Assembly: GCA_945903305.1 (NCBI GenBank)
Contig: CAMDOA010000002.1
Span: 54,704-118,703, forward strand
Reading direction: 5' to 3'
Origin: Chitinophaga pinensis
Lineage (GTDB): Bacteria; Bacteroidota; Bacteroidia; Chitinophagales; UBA10324
Length of the DNA: 64,000 bases
Every line of letters starts with the position of its first letter. Within the stretch, counting starts at the first letter, position 1. The translations under genes were made by a program, and so were the position numbers. Of this stretch, positions 39,820 to 47,829 are shown piece after piece. The notes under the pieces were generated by a model. It was not told the DNA's origin and did no database searches. It was given only the letters and a program-made list of their open reading frames with translations.

Positions 39820-41028
39820 TTAAACAATAAAATCAAGCATCGGAAATTCTCTTCCCAAAATAATGGATGGATTTACATTGAGCCATTTTTTTAGTACAGT
39901 GGCATACACAGAACGGAAATCAACAGAATGTTTTAAATCGCCGTTGTTTAAATCTTTAAGGTTTGGTAATTCATTCAGTATTCCAAGTTTATTCAGATTT
40001 CCACCTAAAAGAAAAACATTATTAGCAGTGCCGTGGTCGGTGCCGCGAGCTCCGTTTTGTTTTACCCGCCGGCCGAATTCTGAATACACTAGCACTAATG
40101 TGTTGTTCCATTCATTGTTCTGCTTTAAATCTGTGTACAATGATTTTAATCCTTCAGATAAAGTGCGCAATTGCTTTGCATGAACATTTTGTTGCGCCAC
40201 ATGTGTATCAAACCCATTGAGCGATAAATAATAAACCTTGGTTTCAGAACCCGACACAATTAATTCTGAAACCACTTTTAATCCTTTTGAAAATTCGGTT
40301 TGCGGATAAATTATTTTCGAACTATAAATTTTCGATTTGCTCACCACATATTCTGCTGACTGATAAGTATCCACTAATTCTTTATACAAAAAATCTTGAT
40401 TGCTCGTAACATCATTTATATCAAGAGTTGAAAATGTTTTTATCACCGGATTTTTTAATCCCTGTGCTAACTCCATGGGTTTATCCATTGCCAGACCATT
40501 AAATTTTTCGCCACGCATAATCAATGACAACGAACTATCTATTTCAATGGCCTGATGCGGTAGTGCGCAATTGCTCCCGATACATTGCAAATCAAAAGTG
40601 CGTCCTATCCATCCCGAATTTATTATATGGTTTTCATCTGATGCCGAATGCCAGATATCGCGCGACCGAAAATGCGACCGGTTCGGATTCGGATAACCCA
40701 CATTGTTTAAAATACTCATACTACCTTTTTCCCATAAATCAGAAAAACTTTCTATTGCCGGATTAAATCCCAGATCATCATTGAGGCGAATGAGGTCGCC
40801 GGCTTTAATTCCAACATCGGGTCGGTTGCTGTAATACAAATCATTCGAATACGGAATAATGGTGTTCAGTCCGTCGTTTCCTCCTGTGAGCTGCACTATA
40901 ATTAATCGCTTACCATTAAATGCCGTTAAATTGTTTCCGGTGGCGCGCAAAAATGCGGGCATCATCATGGCAGCAGAAACCAAGGCAGTATTACCGAGAA
41001 AATCTCTTCTTGAAATATTGTTTTTCAT
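39820..41028 (-). CDS. DUF1501 family protein (sulfatase/alkaline-phosphatase-like fold) with Tat signal
   Basis: MKNNISRRDFLGNTALVSAAMM Tat motif. GGNDGLN, NRSHF.S.D.W and GTDHGTA are motifs typical of DUF1501. Confidence 0.85.
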   Translation of the reverse strand: MKNNISRRDFLGNTALVSAAMMMPAFLRATGNNLTAFNGKRLIIVQLTGGNDGLNTIIPYSNDLYYSNRPDVGIKAGDLIRLNDDLGFNPAIESFSDLWEKGSMSILNNVGYPNPNRSHFRSRDIWHSASDENHIINSGWIGRTFDLQCIGSNCALPHQAIEIDSSLSLIMRGEKFNGLAMDKPMELAQGLKNPVIKTFSTLDINDVTSNQDFLYKELVDTYQSAEYVVSKSKIYSSKIIYPQTEFSKGLKVVSELIVSGSETKVYYLSLNGFDTHVAQQNVHAKQLRTLSEGLKSLYTDLKQNNEWNNTLVLVYSEFGRRVKQNGARGTDHGTANNVFLLGGNLNKLGILNELPNLKDLNNGDLKHSVDFRSVYATVLKKWLNVNPSIILGREFPMLDFIV

Positions 41029-41159
41029 AAAAGGGAAACAGATTTTATTGATGGAAAATTTTTAACTACAGAAACGCAGAGATGCAGAGGATAAATTATT
41101 GATGGAAAAAACTTTAAACCGGAATCACAATGCTGATGAACAAACATTTTTAATTTTTT

Positions 41160-42542
41160 TTAAATCAATTGAAACGAAGGTGAACTCATGATCAGCGTAA
41201 GCGCATCCATTTTTTTTGTTTCGGCCGGCGACTGCTTCATCAGTTCTACCAATTTCTGTTGTTCGGTTTCGGTCAATGCCATTTGCAATAATATTTCGGC
41301 TGCCGAAACAATCAATTCATCATCAGCTTCGCCCTTTATTATTTCAATAAGTGCTTTCCAGTCCGAGGTAAATAATAACCCACGCGCCGGTTTTATTTCT
41401 CCTGTATCTTCAAACTCGGGTTTATTGTTGGCGTTAATAATAAATTTTCCGCGCGCAGCCAGTGCCAGATTTAATCGCAGAAAAAGCGATGCTCCATCAA
41501 TCCAGTTACGGCCACCCTTCCATCCGGCCACATTTGGCGGAAATAATAATAACTGGCCAAGTATATGCTGAAATTTCACCTGCACCAGTTCTTCCTTCGG
41601 CGACAGGTTAATTAATTTCTTCATCCGAATCATCAACTCCACGGGCGACATAATTTTGTTGCCGATATTTTTTTCATCATAAAACCAATCAGACGAAAAA
41701 ATTAATTGCATAAGTTTTTTAATATCGTAATCGCTTGCAAAAAATTCATCGGCAAGCATGCTTACTTTTTCTTCATCCACTACTTCGTTCACAAACTCTT
41801 TATAAATTTTTCGGGTAACGAATTGCGCCGTCAGCTTATCATCGAGCAACATGTTAATGATATCATCGCCATTAAAATTTCCGGTTTTACCCCTGAATTC
41901 TTTCACGCCGTAGTCGTGATCTTCAGTACGGAAAGTGTATTCACCTTTTTTATCAATGGTCCATCCGGTAAATGCACGCGCACTTTCCTTAATATCTTTT
42001 TCAGTATAGTGGCCAAAGCCAATGGTGAACAATTCCATCAGCTCGCGCGCAAAATTTTCGTTCGGATTGTTTTTATGATTTTGTTGATTGTTCAGATAAT
42101 TAATCATAGCCGGATCTTTGGCCATGGCATGCACCAGTATTCTGAAACTACCGAGCGCTTTTTTTCTTAAGGTGTTGTTCTGCACCTGCATCAGGTATGC
42201 GAGCGGCACTGATGTGGCAAAATGATTGTGCCAGAAAACCGTGAGGTGCTCGCGCAGCGCAGCAGTAGTGGTGGCCAGTCTGAACATCCATGCCATGCTC
42301 AGCGCCTGCGTATCGGTCACTGACTGCATCAGCTTTAACAATATTTTCAAATTCGCTGCCTCCTCTCCCGGCTTCAGCGGATTGGGCAGGTAGTTGATGT
42401 CATCTATTGTTTCTGAATTTTTAAATAGTTCAGCTATGTGTTCGCTCCGGTTTTTTTTCTCCAACTCCATTTCTTCAGCGGCAGTAAAACCAAAACCCGC
42501 CCGAAGGTGCAGATGCCGGATTTTTATTTTTTCAGATATCAT
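41160..42542 (-). CDS. DUF1800 family protein
   Basis: 460 aa. FWHNHFATS, ARELMELFT.G.G.YTE.DI.E.ARAFTGW and PNVAGW are motifs typical of DUF1800. It is the canonical upstream partner of DUF1501. Confidence 0.85.
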   Translation of the reverse strand: MISEKIKIRHLHLRAGFGFTAAEEMELEKKNRSEHIAELFKNSETIDDINYLPNPLKPGEEAANLKILLKLMQSVTDTQALSMAWMFRLATTTAALREHLTVFWHNHFATSVPLAYLMQVQNNTLRKKALGSFRILVHAMAKDPAMINYLNNQQNHKNNPNENFARELMELFTIGFGHYTEKDIKESARAFTGWTIDKKGEYTFRTEDHDYGVKEFRGKTGNFNGDDIINMLLDDKLTAQFVTRKIYKEFVNEVVDEEKVSMLADEFFASDYDIKKLMQLIFSSDWFYDEKNIGNKIMSPVELMIRMKKLINLSPKEELVQVKFQHILGQLLLFPPNVAGWKGGRNWIDGASLFLRLNLALAARGKFIINANNKPEFEDTGEIKPARGLLFTSDWKALIEIIKGEADDELIVSAAEILLQMALTETEQQKLVELMKQSPAETKKMDALTLIMSSPSFQLI

Positions 42543-42825
42543 TTCGTTGTCAATGGTTTTTTAACCACTCTTTTTTTCATTGGTAAAGTAATAGACTTTT
42601 ATTTTAAGTGCTTGTTTAACGAACCAACTATTTCATTTGTGTGCTTGTTTTATTGTTCATTGGTTCAATTGTTCTATTGTTCTATTGTTCAATTTTTTTT
42701 AAGGGAAAAGAATATTTTCGTTTTAGTCATTACTACTAATACAGTTGCAATGAGATTCGCACTCGACTGTAATGTTGCTTTATACTTTGACTAAACTCTT
42801 CTCCTGTTTTCCATTTCGAATCATT

Positions 42826-42833
42826 TAAGTTTG
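42826..42833 (+). promoter_or_regulatory. Consensus -7 box TAAGTTTG for the dehydrogenase / DUF1015 operon
   Basis: Exact TAnnTTTG match 20 nt upstream of the ATG at 42853. Confidence 0.45.
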
Positions 42834-42852
42834 CCGAAATTTTTTAAACTGA

Positions 42853-43800
42853 ATGATAAATATTCTTGCCAACGACGGGTTAGATAAAAGTGCCATTGAC
42901 CGCTTAACCGATAGCGGGTTTAAAGTTTCAACACATAAACTATTGCAGGAGAATATTGCTACTCACATACACGAATATGATGTGGTGATCGTGCGCAGCG
43001 CCACCAAAATAAGAAGGCAGGAACTGGAAGCAGCAAGCAAATTAAAATTAGTGGTGCGCGGCGGTGTAGGGGTCGATAATATTGATGTGGAATTTGCCGA
43101 AGAAAAAAATATTGCGGTGCGCAACACGCCCCTTGCCTCATCAAACTCGGTGGCTGAAATGGTTTTTGCTCATCTGTTTTGCTGCGCCAGATTTCTTCAC
43201 GATTCGAACCGTGAGATGTATATAAATGGTTCGTCGCAGTTTAAGGAATTGAAAGCGAAATACTCAAAGGGAATTGAATTGCGCGGAAAAACAATTGGCA
43301 TTATTGGTTTTGGAAATATCGGCATTGAGGTCGCACGCATTGCCTACGGATTGGGAATGAAAGTGCTTGCTTATGATTTGCGTGCCAACACGGCCGAACT
43401 GAAAATGGATTTCCCCGGCAAGCAAACGGTTTTTATTTCAACCAATACCATTGATAAAGATTTTCTGGTGGCGAACAGCGATTTTATTTCGGTGCATGTA
43501 TCAGGCAAGCACGAGGTGCTGAATAAAAATGATTTCGAGAAAATGAAAAAAGGGGTCGGCATCATTAATTGCGCACGAGGTGGTGTGGTGAATGAAAATG
43601 ATTTGCTGGAGTTTTTAAACAATGGAAAAATTGCATTCGCCGGCATTGATGTTTTTTTGAATGAGCCCACGCCGCGCGAAGATTTATTGAAGCACGAGCG
43701 CGTGTCGCTCAGTCCGCACATTGCAGCTTCCACATTGGAAGGCCAGGAGCGAATCGGCAACGAGGTGGCCGATATTATTATCAACTATTTTAAAAAATAA
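42853..43800 (+). CDS. serA: D-isomer-specific 2-hydroxyacid dehydrogenase (short-form 3-phosphoglycerate dehydrogenase-like)
   Basis: 315 aa. NAD motif GIIGFGNIG, and the catalytic region ARGG.V and SPHIAAST. Confidence 0.8.
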   Translation: MINILANDGLDKSAIDRLTDSGFKVSTHKLLQENIATHIHEYDVVIVRSATKIRRQELEAASKLKLVVRGGVGVDNIDVEFAEEKNIAVRNTPLASSNSVAEMVFAHLFCCARFLHDSNREMYINGSSQFKELKAKYSKGIELRGKTIGIIGFGNIGIEVARIAYGLGMKVLAYDLRANTAELKMDFPGKQTVFISTNTIDKDFLVANSDFISVHVSGKHEVLNKNDFEKMKKGVGIINCARGGVVNENDLLEFLNNGKIAFAGIDVFLNEPTPREDLLKHERVSLSPHIAASTLEGQERIGNEVADIIINYFKK

Positions 43801-43809
43801 AATACAGTA

Positions 43810-45054
43810 ATGGATAAAATAATTCCTTTCAAAGGAATAAGACCGGTGAAACAGCTGGTGGAAAAGGTGGCGGTGTTTCCGAATAATTTAATGAATGAAC
43901 CGGAGCGCAGAGAGGAAGCAAAAAAAAATCCATATTCGTTTGCGCATATCGTTAAACCGAAAATTGATTTTCCGGAATCGGTTTCGAAAACCGACCCACA
44001 GTTGTTTGAACATGCAAAAAAATATTTCGATAAATTATTAACTGATAAAATTCTGGTTGAAGAAACCACCGAATGTTTTTATGTGTACCGGCAAATGCTG
44101 GATGGCCGCAGTCAAACCGGCGTAGTGGTTTGCTATCATGTAGATGAATATTTTAACAACCGGATAAAAAAACACGAACACACACGCGAAGAAAAAGAAC
44201 TTGAAAATGTGGAGCATATGATGGTAACCGGCATGAGTTCGAACCCGCTGTTTCTTGCTTACAATCCGGTGAATGAAATTGACACATTGATTAATCAGGT
44301 GAAAGCCACCGTGCCTGAATATCATTTTATATCCGACAACAATGCATATCATTCTTTATGGGTGGTGAATGACGCGGAAATTATTTCGCGCCTGAAAATT
44401 TTATTCAATACAAAAGTGGATGTCAGTTACATCGCCGATGGGCATCATCGCGCTGCCTCTGCTGCACGGGTTGCGAAATTGATGCGCGAGGCAAATCCAC
44501 ATCACACCGGTACTGAACCTTACAATTATTTACTCACTTGTTTGTTTCCGGCCAATCAGTTAAAAATTTATGATTACAACCGTGTAGTAAAAGATTTGAA
44601 TGGATGGAGCGAGGTAGAGTTGATTGAAAAAGTGAAAGAGAAATTTGATGTGGTGGAAATAAAGGAACAGGAATTTGCGCCATCATCTCTTCAAAAAATC
44701 GGAATGTACTTGGGTGAACACTGGTTTGAGCTAACACCAAAAGAAAACACTTATATAAATGATCCGGTGAACCGGCTGGTGGTTTCCATTCTTCAGAATA
44801 ATATTTTAGATCCGATATTAGGAATAAAAGATCCGCGCACCGATAAGCGCATGGATTTTTATCCGGGCACCAAGGGATTAACATCTATAGAAAAAAGAGT
44901 GGACAAAGGAAAATCGGCAGTTGCATTCGCATTATTCCCGGTAACCATGCAACAATTGTTTGATGTGAGCGATGCCGGAGAAATTATGCCCCCGAAAAGC
45001 ACCTGGTTTGAACCGAAATTGCTGAGTGGATTAATTATTTATTCGGTGAGATAA
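43810..45054 (+). CDS. DUF1015 family protein
   Basis: 414 aa. N-terminal PFKGIRP, the central IADGHHR hallmark, and C-terminal MPPKSTWFEPK. Confidence 0.85.
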   Translation: MDKIIPFKGIRPVKQLVEKVAVFPNNLMNEPERREEAKKNPYSFAHIVKPKIDFPESVSKTDPQLFEHAKKYFDKLLTDKILVEETTECFYVYRQMLDGRSQTGVVVCYHVDEYFNNRIKKHEHTREEKELENVEHMMVTGMSSNPLFLAYNPVNEIDTLINQVKATVPEYHFISDNNAYHSLWVVNDAEIISRLKILFNTKVDVSYIADGHHRAASAARVAKLMREANPHHTGTEPYNYLLTCLFPANQLKIYDYNRVVKDLNGWSEVELIEKVKEKFDVVEIKEQEFAPSSLQKIGMYLGEHWFELTPKENTYINDPVNRLVVSILQNNILDPILGIKDPRTDKRMDFYPGTKGLTSIEKRVDKGKSAVAFALFPVTMQQLFDVSDAGEIMPPKSTWFEPKLLSGLIIYSVR

Positions 45055-45117
45055 TTAAAATCTTTCCTTTGAAATTATCTTATCTAAAAAACGACTTTTC
45101 TATTACAAATAGTTACA

Positions 45118-45125
45118 TACATTCG
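45118..45125 (+). promoter_or_regulatory. Candidate -7 box TACATTCG
   Basis: Lies 28 nt upstream of the ATG at 45153. Confidence 0.4.
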
Positions 45126-45152
45126 CCTTTCTAAAAATCAAAAAAAACAATA

Positions 45153-46151
45153 ATGAAAAAAATTTACACTCTGTGCGTTTTTGTACTTGCAATCAGCTTT
45201 ACAGCCCAAGCACAAAACATTATTCTCAGCGAGAATTTTGAAGATACTTTAACTTACACCAATATTATTATCACCACGCCAAATGGTGATGATACTACCT
45301 GGGTTGATGCCGATTTGGATGGCCTCGCTGATGCAAGCGGTGCTTCGCGCCCCGACCAATGGTTTATTACATTAGGATTTGCTGATGTTGATTCAACCAA
45401 CACCGTAATGGCCAGTAATTCATGGACTAATAATTCCGTTGATCCCGTAAATAATTATTTAATTACTCCACCTATTCATTTGAATGATGCTTCGGGTATG
45501 TTGTACTGGAAAAATGCGCCTTTTCAAACACCACGCTATGTTGATGGAATGCAGGTATTGGTTTCAACCACCTCTAATTTCGACACCGATTTTTCTGATA
45601 CTTTAAAATTATATGCTGAATTTATTAGTGGTGATACCAGCGCCAATTTTGCTGATTACACTTTTTCATCCGGTTTTGTTTTTGGTTCTGATGGTCAGTG
45701 GATTGAAGATAACAATGGCGACTCAGCACGGTGGAGAGGCATTTTAAGACCCGACAGCGCAAGCTTAGCTGGATATGCAGGGCAAACAATTTACATTGCT
45801 TTTTGCTGCGGCACTACCGATGATAATTTAAATAGTTTGGATGATATTTTAGTTACCGGCAACGGAACCGTACTTGCTTCTATTCCGGAAGAAAATAATT
45901 TTATTCTCAGCACTTTCCCTAATCCGACAACCGATATCTTCACCGTTCAGTACACATTACCTGCAACCGGTTCAGTGTTGTTGAATGTTTTTGATATTAC
46001 AGGAAAAAAAGTAAAGTCAATTATCAATAACATGTGCATTAAGGGTAATTACTCTTATGATGTAAACATTAAAGATCTTGCTCCCGGTGTTTACAATGTG
46101 GTTTTGAATACCAAGCAAGGCGACAGTGTTTCTACCATTACAAAATTGTAA
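45153..46151 (+). CDS. Secreted protein with T9SS type-A C-terminal sorting domain
   Basis: Signal peptide. The N-terminal domain begins LSENFED. C-terminus FPNPTTDIFTVQY...GVYNVVL. Confidence 0.8.
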   Translation: MKKIYTLCVFVLAISFTAQAQNIILSENFEDTLTYTNIIITTPNGDDTTWVDADLDGLADASGASRPDQWFITLGFADVDSTNTVMASNSWTNNSVDPVNNYLITPPIHLNDASGMLYWKNAPFQTPRYVDGMQVLVSTTSNFDTDFSDTLKLYAEFISGDTSANFADYTFSSGFVFGSDGQWIEDNNGDSARWRGILRPDSASLAGYAGQTIYIAFCCGTTDDNLNSLDDILVTGNGTVLASIPEENNFILSTFPNPTTDIFTVQYTLPATGSVLLNVFDITGKKVKSIINNMCIKGNYSYDVNIKDLAPGVYNVVLNTKQGDSVSTITKL

Positions 46152-46203
46152 TAACGGTTGGCTGAATTAATTGTAATTTAATTCAGTTAAAAGCGAAATA
46201 AAA

Positions 46204-46240
46204 AATCCTCCACTCCCAACGGTTTGGAGGATTTTTTTTT
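46204..46240 (+). terminator. Rho-independent terminator
   Basis: Stem aatcctcca / tggaggatt followed by T9. Confidence 0.8.
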
Positions 46241-46353
46241 GGAATATTTTGAAGGTATGGATTGCAACGATACTTTTATTGCAGTGCCATAGTGAGTTAC
46301 TCAAGTTAAACCGAAAGAAAAAAGTTACCGGTAATTTTTTAACTGCCTGAATT

Positions 46354-46956
46354 ATGATTAATGGAAGAAGAGAATTCATTGGAAAATTTTTAACAATCAT
46401 TGTCGCTGTTCCGGTAATTGGATTTGTTGCGTGTAAAAAAAGAAAGTTAAAAAAATGCGTAACCACTGATGATATATTGGGGCCGTTTTACAGAGAAAAC
46501 GCCCCCTTCCGCACTAATCTTAATAGTAATAATCAGGCAGGAACATTATTAGCTATATCCGGAATTATTTATGGTACCGATTGTACAACACCCATTCATG
46601 AAGCAACCGTTGACATTTGGCATGCTGACGATTTAGCGAGTTATGATAATGCAAGTTCGGATTTCAATTTTCGCGGGAAAGTAAAAACGGATGTAAATGG
46701 AAATTATTTATTCACTTCAATTGTGCCAGGTCAATATTTAAACGGTAGCACTTACCGGCCAGCGCATATTCATTTTAGAATTACAGCCGACAATCATAAA
46801 GAATTAGTTACCCAATTATATTTTGAAGGTGACCCGTATATTGATACTGACCCATGGGCTTCGGATGAAGATGCAGATGAAAGAATTATTACATTAACAA
46901 CAGATACAAATGGAAATCAAGCCGGAATTTTTAACATCAAACTAATGCCGGCATAG
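46354..46956 (+). CDS. Intradiol ring-cleavage dioxygenase-like protein with Tat-like motif and lipobox
   Basis: 200 aa. RREFIGKF then GFVAC. The core contains VDIWHAD, PG.Y....YRPAHIHF and LVTQLYF. Confidence 0.75.
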   Translation: MINGRREFIGKFLTIIVAVPVIGFVACKKRKLKKCVTTDDILGPFYRENAPFRTNLNSNNQAGTLLAISGIIYGTDCTTPIHEATVDIWHADDLASYDNASSDFNFRGKVKTDVNGNYLFTSIVPGQYLNGSTYRPAHIHFRITADNHKELVTQLYFEGDPYIDTDPWASDEDADERIITLTTDTNGNQAGIFNIKLMPA

Positions 46957-47141
46957 CGAAAGTTTTAAAATGTTATCGCTAATTGTTATCAAGCGAAATA
47001 ACCTATTGAACAGTAGTCAAATTCATGTTTCGATATTTATTTTGATTCTTTTATGACAATCCAAACACACAAATCAAAATAGAATTTTCTTTATTGCAGT
47101 TAAATAGTGCAGTAATACTTTCACCCCGCATTGTCAAAAAA

Positions 47142-47762
47142 ATGTTACTCAAAATAATTACTGAACATATAAGCGAACACAAACTGATGCAGGCTGTAAC
47201 TTGTTTGCAAAAGGGTGGAGTAATTATTTATCCGACCGATACGGTGTATGCCATTGGCTGCGATATAAAAAACCACAAAGCATCGGAACGGGTGAAGGCC
47301 ATGAAGGAAACAAAACGGAAGGAGATGAATTTTTCGTTTGTGTGTAACGACCTGAGTCAGTTGAGTGAGTATGCCGCGCAAATAGATACACGGATTTATA
47401 AATTAATGAAGCGTGCATTGCCGGGGCCATTCACTTTTATTTTACCGGCAAGCAAGCAGGTGCCAAAGATTTTTGATACAAAAAAGAAAACCATTGGCAT
47501 TCGAGTGCCCGATCATGCAGTGGCGCTTGCATTGGTGCAACGGTTAGGTAACCCGATACTCAGTACCTCTCTGCACGACTCAAACGAGATTGTTGATTAC
47601 ATGACCGATGCCGAACTGATTGAAGAAAAATTCAGAAAGATGGTGGACATGGTGATTGATAGCGGCCCGTGCGGAAATATTCCGAGCACGGTAATAGATT
47701 GTACCGGAAATGAACCTGTGGTGGTGAGGGAGGGTGCAGGAAATTTTGAGAATATAAATTAG
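47142..47762 (+). CDS. tsaC: L-threonylcarbamoyladenylate synthase (TsaC/YrdC family)
   Basis: GGVIIYPTDTVYAIGCD, RPLSF-type block, PGPFTFIL, IGIRVPDH, STS.. and PSTVID. I chose the ATG at 47142 over the upstream TTG. Confidence 0.85.
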   Translation: MLLKIITEHISEHKLMQAVTCLQKGGVIIYPTDTVYAIGCDIKNHKASERVKAMKETKRKEMNFSFVCNDLSQLSEYAAQIDTRIYKLMKRALPGPFTFILPASKQVPKIFDTKKKTIGIRVPDHAVALALVQRLGNPILSTSLHDSNEIVDYMTDAELIEEKFRKMVDMVIDSGPCGNIPSTVIDCTGNEPVVVREGAGNFENIN

Positions 47763-47829
47763 CAGATTAAAAATTGTAGTACATCTTCGCAGCCCATTAA
47801 TAAAACAACATTCGACTCTTTACAATAAA

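Noticed and set aside
42438-42794. 118-aa plus-strand ORF in the DUF1800/serA divergent region.
   Set aside because: It overlaps the 5' end of the DUF1800 gene on the opposite strand and then translates the word-stutter spacer (LFYCSLVQLFYCSIVQFF). It shows no coding features.
46167-46466. 99-aa minus-strand ORF.
   Set aside because: It spans a strong terminator hairpin and overlaps the start of the dioxygenase-like gene. It has no motifs.
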